NCBI GenBank assembly: GCA_951406725.2
Contig: OX597831.1
Span: 72,230,001 to 72,294,000 of the forward strand
Length of the DNA stretch: 64,000 bases
Direction of reading: 5' to 3'
Origin: Octopus vulgaris
Lineage: Eukaryota
Within the stretch, counting starts at the first letter, position 1; each line of letters opens with the position of its first letter. Under the pieces are notes generated by a model. The model ran no database searches, was not told the DNA's origin, and saw only the letters and a list, made by a program, of their open reading frames with translations. Both the position numbers and the translations under genes were made by a program. Below are positions 38,311 through 51,862 of this stretch, one piece after another.

Positions 38311-39230
38311 TGCATGAGAAAACCCGGCAAGACCAGTGAGAATAGTCAAAATCAAAATCAAACCAAATCAATTCATATATCAGAAAGCAGAACCAAATTG
38401 AGGTCGATCAACATCAGTGGGAATTGCAGCTGTTGTTAAGCGAACCATCCGATCGTGGTCGTTGCTGGCACCGCCCCGTCTAGCCTCCGTGTCGGTGGCA
38501 CGTAAAAGCACCATCCGTTCATGTCTGTTGCCAGCCTCGCCTGGCCCCCGTGCAGGCGACACGTAAAAGCACCATCCGTTCGTGGCTGTTTGACAGCTCT
38601 GTCTGGCCCCCGTGTCGGTGGCATGTAAAAGCACCATCCGTTCGTGTTCGTTGCCAGCCTCGCCTGGCCCCCGTGCCGGTGACACGTAAAAGCACCATCC
38701 ATTTGTGGCCGTTTGCCAGCTCTGTCTGGCCCCCGTGCCGGTGACACGTAAAAGCACCATCCGTTCGTGGCCGTTTGCCAGCCCTGTCTGGCCCCCATGT
38801 CGGTGACACGTAAAAGCACCATCCGTTTGTGGCCGTTTGCCAGCTCTGTCTGGCCCCCGTGCCGGTGAACACGTAAAAGCACCATCCGTTTCGTGGCCGT
38901 TTACCAGCTCTGTCTGGCCCCCGTGTTGGTGGCACGTAAAAGCACCATCCGTTCGTGTCCGTTGCCAGCATCACCCGGCCCCGTGCCGGTGACACGTAAA
39001 AACACCATCCGTTCGTGGCCGTTTGCCAGCTCTGTCTGGCACCTGTGCGAGTGGCACGTAAAAAGCACCCACTACACTCACGGAGTGGTTGGCATTAGGA
39101 AGGGCATCCAGCCGTAGAAACACTGCCAGATCTGACTGGGCCTGATGAAGCCTTCCAGCTTCACAGACCACAGTTGAACCGTCCAACCCATGCTAGCATG
39201 GAAAACGGATGCTAAATGATGATGATGATG
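38310..39230 (+). mobile_element. Family D element with an expanded ~10-unit 60-63-bp tandem array (38440-39060)
   Basis: GTAAAAGCACC-type anchors at 38502, 38563, 38625, 38686, 38748, 38810, 38873, 38936, 38996 and 39058, then the family D core and (GAT)n tail. Confidence 0.88.
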
Positions 39231-39811
39231 ATTATTGTTATTATTGTTATTGTTGTTGTTATTATTATTATTGTTGTTGTTGTTGTTGCCATCGAAGTGA
39301 CACTGGGGTAAAATATACAAAGCCTAGAATACCCATCACGACCAGTCATAACATCAACAAAGAATGTAACAACAACACCAGTTAGACCAGTGACAAGTAG
39401 AAATGTAGAATTTCAATGTCTGTGCACATATGCAAAACACACATACAACAAGCACTGCACACTCGTGCCGCACTGGGACATAATATTTTATAGTTTATTG
39501 AAACTGACCCAATAGCAGGTCACTCTGGTGTTTCACTGATGTAATGTTAGTTCCTCAGATAACAATAAATTCTATTTCTGCTTGGGGAATCAGCAACTCT
39601 AATCCAAATTTCATTCACAAAGTATTGGTCAATATGAAATTATGTATGAGACATTTTCCCAGTGTGTTTACACCCTAGATCAACCCTACCAGACCAGGTG
39701 GTTACAAACCAAACATCAAACACTAGCATTCCAGCATAAAATCCATGAAATCAGTCTTCATCATCAAATGTTTACCAAAATCTTAAGAATGTTCTTTCAT
39801 ATATACTGTGA

Positions 39812-40135
39812 TATAAGATACTGTGATAGCCTGGGCTTCCAAGGCCCACAGCTCTTCAATATCCTCCCGAAGAACCTAAGAGACTTGCATGGGGTGGATG
39901 CAGATGTCTTTAAAATAAAACTGGATCTCTTCTTGTCAGGTGTCCCAGATGAACCAACTTCACGGCAGGAGGTGCAGATGAGGGCAGCTGCATCGAACTC
40001 TCTCATGCACCAAATGGCAATTGCTAAAAAGCATTCGTGAAGTAAAATCATGTAGCAACACCAAATGGCGGTGCCCCAGCATGGCCACAGCTTGTGAGCT
40101 GAAACTAGATAAAAATAAAAATAAAAAAATAAAAA
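39812..40135 (+). mobile_element. 3' end of a CR1/Jockey-group LINE
   Basis: RYCDSLGFQGPQLFNILPKNLRDLHGVDADVFKIKLDLFLSGVPDEP...AASNSL (post-RT C-terminal motif), stop at 40040, short 3'UTR and (TAAAAA)n tail. Confidence 0.82.
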
Positions 40136-40399
40136 TATGATATTTATTCTTTATTTTTAACCTTTTTAGTCACTGGAGAATGGCCATGGTGGAGTGCCAT
40201 CTGGAAGGTTTTAATTGAACAAACCAACCCCAGTACTTATTTACTTTAAAGTCTAGTATTCTACTTCCAAGATAGAGGAGCGTAAACAAACCAACACAAG
40301 TTGTAGGGTGGTGGGACAAAACAGAAACAAAAGATTCACACACACACAGATACAAACAATATATATGTTTGTATATATTTTTATCTGTGTGTTTGTATG

Positions 40400-40474
<75 letters not shown>

Positions 40475-40869
40475 GCATGTGTATATATACATATATATAT
40501 AAGAGACCAAAGTGTACGTATGCTGCAATATGTATAAAAAAAGGAATACAAAAAATCGGACAAGGACACAGGAACTTGACCGAGGAAAGAAAACTTCAAA
40601 TGACCTCTGTCCGTGTTTCATCTTGTCCCTTTTGTATCATCTGTCTGGATGTTTTGCGTTCTTGTCCAATATTTTGTATTCCTTTTTTTATACATATTTT
40701 TTTTACACATATGTATATGCACGTGTATATATATATGTGTGTATGTATGTATGTATGTATCATCATCATCATCATCATTTAACATCCGCTTTCCATGCTA
40801 GCATGGGTTGGACGATTTGACTGAGGTCTGGCAAACCAGACTCCATGTATGTATGTATGCATGCATGGT

Positions 40870-41359
40870 CACACCAGTTTTATCCTGTCTCCACCTCCAC
40901 TTCGAACTTTTCTTGGACTATTCTATCTGGATTCTCTACCTGAACTTTCTTCTACTCTCCTATACCTGGACTCCTACACTTCGGCTGCACCTCTTCTACC
41001 CATAGATCACACTGGACTCTTCCTTTGATGAGAAATCGCTCCAATACACCACAACCTTTTGAACTTTTCTAAACTATTTTGTACTTTCTGCTTTTTCCTA
41101 TTCTTCCCCTTCCTCTTTGATCTCCCCTTCTTATTAGCTCTCCTGTGTGACCCCTCTGTCTGCCATTCACCATGATAAATTGCTAACCACTATACCTTTT
41201 TCTATTTTCTCTCCCTGTTTATTTCTGTGTTCCTTTCTGTCGAAGAGCGTAGGCTCGAAATGTAAAAGACTTTCTCACTGCCTGAGCATTAAATTAATAC
41301 ATCTGTTTGTCGTTCGTTTACACACCTGTCTTCATCTTTTGTTTTTTTGTAAATTCTCA

Positions 41360-41362
<3 letters not shown>
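40870..41362 (+). mobile_element. Penelope-type 3'/LTR fragment with hammerhead-like motif
   Basis: Homologous to 45213-45378 on the opposite strand; contains CTGTCGAAGAGCGTAGGCTCGAAATGTA; ends at (TA)n. Confidence 0.6.
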
Positions 41363-41395
<33 letters not shown>

Positions 41396-41519
41396 AATGT
41401 AGGATAAAATGTTTTTGCAAAAAAAAATTTTATCAATGGCCAGCATATTAAAAAACACCTTTAAAGGTTAAATTATAAACAACTTATAAACAACTTCGTT
41501 TGCCCTTATTTATAAGTTG

Positions 41520-41558
<39 letters not shown>

Positions 41559-41959
41559 ACGTACGTACACACACACACACAAACACATAACTGGCTTCTT
41601 TCAGTTTCTATCCACCAAATCTACTCACAAGTTTATAGTTGGCCTGGGGATATAGTAGGAAACACTTGCTCAAGATGTGTCATTTATACATAACAAGTAC
41701 ATATGTACATATGTACATACATACATATATGTATATTTGTTATTCTTTTGTCTTTACTGTGTATACTACATACAAATGGATGTCTAACAAGATGAACAAT
41801 GTCAATGAATAAATTAGCAATTTAATCTTCCCCATTCATCTACCTGCCTATTAATCAAGCCAACTATTTTTGTGTAATGAAGAAAGATAATATAGATCTG
41901 CTCTAACATGCTTCTCTTAAGGTCAAGCAACAACAGCAGCAACAACAGCAGCAACAACA

Positions 41960-42330
41960 GTGGAGGCTTAATGGCCCAGTGGTTAGGGCAGCGGACTCGC
42001 AGTTGGAGGATTGCGGTTTCGATTCCCATTCCGGGCGTTGTGTGTGTTTATTGAGCAAAAACACCTAAAGCTCCACGAGGCTCTGGCAGGGGGTGGTGGC
42101 GACCCCTGTTGTACTCTTTCGCTCCAAATTTCTCTCACTCTTTCTTCCTGTTTCTTGTCCCTCAACTTCCTACGCAACCACTGAGCCTGGTTGCACATTC
42201 ATCCATCCGTCGATGCTCTCGGTGTCGGGGGTTGACCTGCTTTCTCTTCTGCTGGTCTTACGAATAGCAAAGGACCACGTTTCGGACTTCTCCCATCTTG
42301 CGAACTCTGGGACGAAGACCGTTCGCTCAA
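41960..42330 (+). mobile_element. SINE family C, tail type 2, inserted in (CAA/CAG)n
   Basis: Family C head and body with a distinct 3' tail; flanked by AACAGC repeats on both sides. Confidence 0.78.
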
Positions 42331-42576
42331 CAGCAACAGCAACAGCAGCAACAACAATTGCAAGCTAGATCAACTTGGATATTGCAACTTAAAGCATCCT
42401 GGTCTAAGATATAAAGCTATGCTATTGACAGAGTACAAACTTCTGACTTATACGTAATCTATCAAATGGAGACATGTAGTAAAGAAATAGGTACTGGTTC
42501 TGTTACTCTCTTAAAGCAAACCATTAAGTTATAGGAGTGTGAAATACCAGTGTCAGTGGTCAAGCAATGGAACGGA

Positions 42577-42613
<37 letters not shown>

Positions 42614-42889
42614 GCACTCCATTGGTTACAACAACAAAGGCTCCAGTTGGTCCAATCAATGGAACAGGTTGCTCGTGGAATTAATGTTCAAGTGGCTGAG
42701 CACTCCTCAGACATACATACCCTTAACATAGTTCTCAGGAAGATTCAGTGTAACAGAAAATGTGACACAGCTGGCCCTAGAGCAATCTGAAATAAAGCAT
42801 ATTGCTCAAGGACACAATGCATTGTCAGGAATCAAACTCACAACCTTATGGTCGTGAGCAGACTACCCTAACCACTAAGCCATGAGCTA

Positions 42890-42924
<35 letters not shown>

Positions 42925-43154
42925 TACATATTCATATATACACAAAGGGCTTTCGGAGTTTCCATCTATCAAATTCATTCATAAAGTATTAATTGACTCG
43001 AGGTAATAGCAGAAAGCACTTGCCCAACGTGCTGTACTGTGGGATTGAACCCAAAACTATGTGGTTTCAAAATGAGCTTCCTGACCATACAACTGAGCCT
43101 GGATCTATGATTACAATGCTACAATCAGGATTTGAAATTGTTATGAACATAACA

Positions 43155-43546
43155 TAGGTGCAGGAGTGGCTGTGTGGTAAGTAGCTTGCTAACCAACCAC
43201 ATGGTTCCGGGTTCAGTCCCACTGCGTGGCATCTTGGGCAAGTGGCTTCTACTATGCCTTGTGAGTGGATTTGGTAGACGGAAACTGAAAGAAGCCTGTC
43301 GTATATATGTATATATATATATAAGTGTGTGTGTGTATATGTTTGTGTGTCTGTGTTTGTCCCCCTAGCATTGCTTGACAACCGATGCTGGTGTGTTTAC
43401 GTCCCCGTCACTTAGCGGTTCGGCAAAAGAGATCGATAGAATAAGTACTGGGCTTACAAAGAATAAGTCCCGGGGTCGATTTGCTCGACTAAAGGCGGTG
43501 CTCCAGCATGGCCGCAGTCAAATGACTGAAACAAGTAAAAGAGTAA
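43155..43546 (+). mobile_element. SINE family A
   Basis: Match with a small internal deletion. Confidence 0.9.
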
Positions 43547-44002
43547 ATAACATCCTAGTGTTTTATTCCCTTTTTGAGAGAGATATTAGAATAAATTTAT
43601 TAACAATATGCGAATATGAAGCACAATATTTGACATAGCTTGACATGAATTAGTTGTGTCAACAATGAAAGACAATCTGTCAACCTGATGAGGACTAACA
43701 GCCATTTGTTAACAACTGAGCACATGGCTTTTCTAAACAGAATATCTGCCAGCATAATCATCATCATCATCATCGTCGTCGTCATCATTTTAACGTCTGC
43801 TTTTAAATGATTGCATAGGTTGGATGGAGTTTGTTGAGGCATATTTTCTTTGGCTGGATGCCCTTCCTACTGTCAAACCATCCCTGTTTCCAAGCAAGAT
43901 AATGTTTCCTCATTGTCAGAGGTTTGCATAGAATAATGAATTCTATTCATTTACAACTATCATATCAAGACAAGGACATGCACACAGACACATATGTATG
44001 TA

Positions 44003-44053
<51 letters not shown>

Positions 44054-44549
44054 AACCGAGAAACCGGCCCTTATGAGCCAGGCATGGCTCGAGAAGGATC
44101 AAACAACAAAAAGTACCATCTTAGATGTGACAGTAAAATAAATAAAAACTGAGTCAAAGCAAAGCATAACAACTTATCTAACCCATGCCAGCATGGGATG
44201 CAAGGCGTGGCTGTGTGGTAAGAAGCTTGCTTCTCAACCACATGGTTCTGGGTTCAGCTCCACAGTATGACACCTTAGGCAAGTGTCTTTTACTACAGCC
44301 TTGGGTCAACCAAAGCCTTGTGAGTAGATTTGGTAGACGGAAACTGAAAGAAGCCCATCATGTGTATGTGTGTGTGTGTATGCACCCCAACCCCTGGCTT
44401 GACAACAGGTATTGGTGTGTTTGCCTCCTTGTAACTTAGCAGTCCAACAAAAGTGACCAATAGAATAAGTACTAAGCTTTAAAAAAGGGAGTGAGCCAGT
44501 CAAATGGCTAAAACAAACTAAAAATAAAAGATAAAAGATATATATATTA

Positions 44550-44836
44550 CATGGGATCACGTGACCGACCAGGCTATCAGATGTTGTTACACATCGCTGG
44601 TCACAATGCGCTTTTTGCATTGTTTTAGCCTTCAAATGACGCCAACCCGTTGGCTAAGCGAGCAGGCCAACAGGAGAAAGAGAGAAAGTTGTGGCGAAAG
44701 AGTACAGTAGGGATTGCCACCACCCCCTGCCAGAGCCTTGTGGAGCTTTTTAAGTGTTTTCGCTTAATAAACACTAACAACGCCTGGTCTGTGAATCGAA
44801 ACCACATCAAAATCCTACAACCGCAAGTCCGCTGCC
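44550..44836 (-). mobile_element. SINE family C, tail type 1
   Basis: Match to 8770-9080. Confidence 0.8.
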
Positions 44837-45212
44837 GATTTGAATAATCAAACTTATGCTTTTTTCAAGTTATATTAGTCATAATAATTGTGCAACATCT
44901 GTTTCAATTGCACTAATTGCATATTGCATATTCATATGCAGTGATTTATGCATTACTGGTATGATCACTTCAGGGTATATAAGTACGATATTGTTCAAAG
45001 AAGAATTTCCCTATGTTATTAGTTTGAATTAAGCTTGGTAGTAGTAGTAGTAGTAGTAAAGCATGACATTCATCAATGAGCTGTTTTTCTCAACTGATTG
45101 TTTGGGTAAAATCCAGCAGCAGCAGGGTTTGTTGAGGTTGGCAAATGTCCTTAGTTAGTTGGGCAGTGGTTATCTATAGAATATGTTTCTTTTGACTGAT
45201 ATATATATATAT

Positions 45213-45481
<269 letters not shown>

Positions 45482-45816
45482 GTATGGGGGTTTAGTTCTC
45501 AGGAGATCTAAATGACTAGGTACGCTGGGTAAGGGCTGTAACAGATTACTAGGGCTCCAAGGTTATAGCCGAGACAGTAGTTATGGAACCATTGTAGATT
45601 CCTGATAAAGTGAATATATAATTGTTAAAGAGGACAACAAACGTTAAGGCAAGACAAACATCTCAAGTCATATATGTCGTCCAATAATAATAACAACGTA
45701 TGACTTGTGATATTTGTCTTTCCTGAACTTTTGTTGTTAAGAAATAACAGGACATAACAACAAGTGTCTTTCGACTAAGAATGAATTAAATTAAGCTGGT
45801 GGAAGTATATATATAT

Positions 45817-46219
45817 TACTCTTTACTCTTTTACTCTTTTACTTGTTTCAGTCATTTGACTGCGGCCATGCTGGAGCACCACCTTTAGTCGATCAAATCG
45901 ACCCTGGGACTTATTCTTTGTAAGCCCAGTACTTATTCTATCGGTCTCTTTTGCCGAACTGCTAAATGACGGGGATGTAAACACACCAGCATCGGTTGTC
46001 AAGCAATGCTAGGGGGACAAACACAGACACACACACATATATATACATATATACGACAGGCTTCTTTCAGTTTCCGTCTACCAAATCCACTCACAAGGCA
46101 TTGGTCAGCCCGGGGCTATAGGAGAAGACACTTGCATAAGGTGCCACGCAGTGGGACTGAACCCGGAACCATGTGGCTGGTTAGCAAGCTACTTACCACA
46201 CAGCCACTCCTGCGCCTAT
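45817..46219 (-). mobile_element. SINE family A
   Basis: Match to family A. Confidence 0.9.
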
Positions 46220-46474
46220 ATGTATATATATACATATATAAATACACATATTTAGATATATATTCAAATACACATAAGTACATACGTACACATAGGTACA
46301 CATACATACATACATATGTATGTGCAGATGGGTATTGGAGGATACCCACATAAATGCCTTGTTATATTTAATTCCAGTGAAGTGGAGTAACTCTCTAAAA
46401 GGGATGTAACTCAGCTAAACCCCAGCTTAACCATTTAATAAATCAAAAGCACAAACCCAGATAGATGTATATAA

Positions 46475-46695
46475 CTATTTCTTTATTACCCACAAGGGGC
46501 TAAACATAGAGGGGACAAGCAAGGACAGGCATAGGTATTAAGTCGATTACATCGACCCCAGTGCATAACTGGTACTTTATTTATCGACCCCCGAAAGGAT
46601 GAAAGGCAAAGTCAACCTCGGCGGAATTTGAACTCACAACGTAACGACAGATGAAATACCGCTAAGCATTTCGCCCGGTGTGCTAACGATTCTAC
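46475..46695 (-). mobile_element. SINE family B
   Basis: Match to family B. Confidence 0.85.
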
Positions 46696-47534
46696 ACCGT
46701 CCCTACCACCATCACCATTACTCTTTTAATGTCCACTTTTCCATCCTTGCATGAGTCAGACAGAATTTGAGTAGATTTTTCTGCAGTTAAGTGTCCTGCT
46801 TGTCATCAACCCAAACATATTTCCAAATAAGGTAATATTTTCTTATGGTCAGATATATTTTTGAAGGATATTGGAAATGAATGATACAGCTTGTATCAGT
46901 GATGGAGAGGCCCATTTACAACAATCATGCTAAGTCAAGACAAGAAGGCACAAACATATGTACACATACTTATGCACATAACAAATTAGTACTCCATCAG
47001 TCATGACGATGAGTGTTCCAGGTGATCTGATTGATGGAAATAACCTGCTCCTAAAATTAATGCGCAAATGGCTAAGCACTCTACACACATACAATCTCAG
47101 GGAGGTTCGGTATGGCCCAGAATGTGACAAGGATGGTCCTTTGAGTTACTGGTACAACTCATTTTCGCCAGCTGAGTGGACTGGAGCAATGTGAAATAAA
47201 GTGTCTTGTTCAAAGACGCAATGCACCACAAGGAATTGAACTCATGACCTTACGATCATGAGCTAAGTACACTGACCACTCAGCCACATTCTTTCACACA
47301 TATGTACATACATGCATATATAAACACACACATACACATATACAAATATATGATGGGCTTCTTTCAGTTTCTGTCTACCAGATCCACTTACAAAACTTTG
47401 GTAAGCCTGGGGCTATAGTAGAAGACACTGGCTCAAGATGCCAGACAGGTTGACTGGATCTGAAGCCATAGTTGAAATCACCTGCCCAATGTAGGGTGAT
47501 TGAACCTGAAATTACAGGGCGGCAAAGCAAACAC

Positions 47535-48645
47535 CTTACTGTTTTGCTCACAGTTTTTCAAATTAAGTGAAAACTTTCAAATTTGGTATACTGGTGTAAT
47601 TTTTCATGCTGAATCTGATTTTGTTATTTACTTGTTCCAGAAAAATTTTAGAAAAATGTTACAGAGGTTTAAAGTTTGATTATTTTACCCAATTAGAAAA
47701 CAGCATTTGGAAGCTGGCATTTTATGTATGGTAGCTGTCTATGGCAATATTAGACAAAACATTACAACAACAATAGAAGTTTTAATAAGTTTATTTTAAA
47801 TAAAGTCACGTGAAATGTTGAAACAAATAAACAAATGATCTGAGTTAAAAATTATGAAAATGAGGTAGAAATAGGACAGCGGCTGAAAATATCCATTCAT
47901 TTAAAAAAAAAAAAACAAGGGTGAAGATGACAATAATGAAGCAGTACAGTCAGAAAATAGGTAATTGTCAAAATAGATGAGTAAAAACAATACACATGCT
48001 CGAATTTTCAAGTAGACTATAGCTTGGCTTGTTACTATGGAAACAGACACCACTATGTCTGTGGCTTTCGATAGGCTAAAATTCCCCAAAATTTGCAAAA
48101 TTTAAAACCTTTCTCTTTTACTCTTTTACTTTTACTTGTTTCAGTCATTTGACTGCAGCCATGCTGGAGCACCACTTTTAGTCGAGCAACTCGACCCCAG
48201 GACTTATTCTTTGTAAGCCTAGTACTTATTCTAAAGGTCTGTTTTGCCGAACCGTTAAGTTAAGGGGACGTAAACACACCAGCATCAGTTGTCAAGCGAT
48301 GTTGGGGTGACACAGACACACAAACACACAAACACACACACACATATATATATACACATATACACGACGGGCTTCTTTCAGTTTCCATCTACCAAATCCA
48401 CTCACAAGGCTTTGGTCAGCCTGAGGCTATAGTAGAAGACACTTGCCCAAGGTTCCATGCAATGGGACTGAACCCTGAACCATGTGGTTGGTAAGCAAGC
48501 TACTTACCACACAGCCACTCCTTTTATTTATTAATAGCAAAAATCAATTTCATTTCAATAATTAGAATACAAAACTACATCAATGCACTAAATTTGAAGA
48601 CAAAATGAAATTAAAAGAACTGGAAGCTGTGAGCGAAACAGAAAA
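47535..48645. mobile_element. Non-autonomous DNA transposon with imperfect TIRs and nested SINE A (48112-48521)
   Basis: Left CTGTTTTGCTCACAG...TTCAAATTTGGTATACTGGTGTAATTTT vs reverse complement of right end CTGTTTCGCTCACAG...TTCAAATTTAGTGCATTGATGTAGTTTT. Confidence 0.6.
48112..48521 (-). mobile_element. SINE family A
   Basis: Match to family A. Confidence 0.88.
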
Positions 48646-49137
48646 GATCCTAAGTATATATATTTTTTCATTTAAACAATTAGTCCAGTCCTTTTACATG
48701 GCAACATGTGGATGTATGAATGGTGCCACATCTGTTCTGTAGTCGTAAGCTTTGTCATGAGCATAATTATTCAATCTTTAAGTCAATTACCAACACATAA
48801 GAAACAACGTAGATAAATAAATATAATGTTAAATCGATATTAGGTCACAGCTGATAAAACTGATGTCTAAACACCATGTTATTTGGGGAAGATTACTCAG
48901 AATATATTAATGGTCAGTCTGTTTTCTAGTGAGCTAACTGCATAAGGTCCCGGCTGGACAGTCTGGCAAATGTAACTTGAGAATTGGTGTAGCTGATGTT
49001 TGTTGATGCCTAACCCATCAGCATTTCAACCAGTCATGTCCAGCCAAAAAATATTCTACCTTGTTTCATGTTCAAACCAATCTCATACAATCCAGCATCT
49101 CACACCTATCCTAGAATATCACTCTAAAAATAAACAA

Positions 49138-49562
49138 TAGGCATAGGAGTGGCTGCGTGGTAAGTAGCTTGCTTACCAACCACATGGTTCCGGGTTCAGT
49201 CCCACTGCGTGGCACCTTCGCCAAATGTCTTCTGCTATAGCCTCGGGCCGACCAATGCCTTGTGAGTGGATTTGGTAGATGGAAACTGAAAGAAGCCTGT
49301 CGTATATATGTATATATATCTATGTGTGTGTGTGTATGTGTTTGTGTGTCTGTGTTTGTCCCCCTAGCATTGATTGACAACCGATGCTGGTGTGTTTACG
49401 TCCCGGTAACTTAGTGGTTCGGCAAAAGAGACCGATAGAATAAGTACTGGGCTTACAAAGAATAAGTCCTGGGGTCGATTTGCTCAACTAAAGGCGGTGC
49501 TCCAGCATGGCCACAGTCAAATGACTGAAACAAGTAAAAGAGCAAAAGAGAAAAGAGAGAGT
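49138..49562 (+). mobile_element. SINE family A
   Basis: Match to family A. Confidence 0.9.
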
Positions 49563-51289
49563 ATTTGTCTGATTAGTCTGAATGTTAAAGGGTTAAATGG
49601 AGATATGATACAGGGAATGTGAGTGGTGGGCGCTAATGGATTGTTTTCATCAGTCCTGGAACCACTGAGGGTTACTTGGATTATTTATGATCCTGTAACT
49701 CCTGATTCTTGAGTTCTTTAGCAGAGTCAATTCCTTGCAGGAAACTGGGCCCAGGTCTCTAAGTCTGCTGTCCTCCCACTAGCCTTGGAGTTTCAGAAAA
49801 AAAGCCAAAAGCAAGCAATGTGGTAAGAAGCTTGCTTCCCAACCACATGGTTCCAGGTTCAATCCTACTGTGTAGTACCTTGCACAAGTGTTTTTTACTG
49901 TAGCCTTGGGCTTTGTGAGTGGATATGGTAGATAGAAACTGAAAGAAGCCCAGCATACACGTCTGTGTTCCTCACCACCACTTGAACTCATGACCTTACA
50001 ATCATGAGCTAAATACACTGACCACTAGGCCACATTCCTTCACACATATGTACACACACACATACACATATACAAATATATGATGGGCTTCTTTCAGTTT
50101 CTGTCTACCAGATCCACTTACAAAACTTTGCTAGACAATGACGGTGTGTTTATGTCCCTGTAACTTAGCAGTTTGGCCAAAGAGACTGATAGAATGAGTA
50201 CCAGGTAAAAAAAATTAAATAAATACTTGGGTTGGTTCACTGACTAAAAAAAAAAAATTTGATGTGGTGCCCCAACATGGCCACAATCTAATGACTGAAA
50301 CAAGTATAAGTAAAAGATAAAGCACAAACCTTCCTCCTTTGACTATGTAGGATAAATAATTTTAAAAAATAAATAAAAGCCAGCTTACAGAGGCTTCTGG
50401 TTCATATCCTGTCATATCATTGGTACTATGTTCAATCAATGACCAAAGCAGTTGAATGGTTTTAAATCCCCTACTGATTGAGTCTATCAAGTTTTAGCTA
50501 GGCATTAGGACAATTCATTGCTGTAGTCATCAACAGCAGGGTTATGGAAATTGGAGGATTATTTGGTCGAGTTTAGTTACTTAGTCTGTAAAAAGAGTTC
50601 AGTGTCCTTCTACACAGGATGAGATTTATCATCATCATCGTTTAACGTCCACTTTCCATGCTGGCATGGGTTGGACGATTTTGACTGAGGGCTGGCAAAC
50701 CAGACGGTCGCACCTGGCTCCAATCTTGATCTGGCAGAGTTTCCACAGCTGGATTCCCTTCCTAAAGCCAATCACTCCGTGTTATATATTAGTTATATAT
50801 TAGTTATATATGAGAAGAGAAGAGAGTGAGTGATAAAAAAAGGAGTGAGATGTGGTCTTCTGACCTCTCTAGGTGAGTAGCAACTCCTGATAAGAAGAAA
50901 TATGGACTATAATGACACATCCAACACACGTCAGCATGGAAATGGAAAGCTGATGGGGGGGGGGGGTCATAAAATGTTGATGTAAACCCTCAATAAATCA
51001 TGCATTTGACACTGCATGATTCCTTCCAGCAATAAACCTTCTAACACATGCTGCTTAAAGCTCATGTAAACTGCATGGAATTACAATGCCTGATCAGCCT
51101 CTGTTGGATACCATCACTCACAAGAGTTGAGACAATATGTTAGGGATAAACGGCTGTGTGGTTAAGAAGCTTAACCACATAACATTTTTTTTTAAAATAT
51201 TGGACATGGTGCAAAATTGATTTCCTACCATTTCTTATAATAATCATGATGAGAAAGTCATAAAAATTAAGAATTTCTAGTCTTTTATT

Positions 51290-51510
51290 CTCTTATTCTT
51301 TTACTCTTGTTTCAGTCATTTTGACTGTGGCCATGCTGGAGCACCGTCTTAAGTCGAGCACTTCGACCCCAGGACTTATTCTTTGTAAGCCCAGTACTTA
51401 TTCTATCGGTCTCTCTTGCCGAACCACTAAGTTACAGGGACGTAAACACACCAGCAACGGTTGTCAAGAGATGTTGGGGGAACAAACACAGACACACAAA
51501 CATATACATG

Positions 51511-51550
<40 letters not shown>

Positions 51551-51682
51551 CACACACACGATGGGCTTCTTTCAGTTTCCATCTACCAAGTCCACTCACA
51601 AGGCTTTGGTCGGCCCGAGGCTATAGTAGAAGCCACTTGCCCAAGGGGCCATACAGTAAGCACACAGCCACTCCTGCGCCTA
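51290..51682 (-). mobile_element. SINE family A (head partly deleted)
   Basis: Match to family A. Confidence 0.85.
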
Positions 51683-51862
51683 TTAAAAAAACTTCATTTC
51701 TGTTTTATGTGTATTCAAGTCCCAAAGTTAGTTAAATTTCATAGAGTTAAATAATTTAGGCCTTAAGGTTAGGCAAACTGCAATATGTAATTAGGGTTTA
51801 GGTTTAGGGTTAAGGTTTTAGGGTGGAATAGTATTGCACAAGTATAAAATTAACATTCTTAT

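Noticed and set aside
37970-38439. Poly-Asn, poly-Ile and poly-Leu ORFs
   Set aside because: Translation of a (TTA)n microsatellite.
38436-39060. Regular ~61-bp array as a CRISPR array or repeat-protein gene
   Set aside because: Whole units are repeated with no unique spacers, there are no cas genes, the context is eukaryotic, and unit lengths are mostly not multiples of 3.
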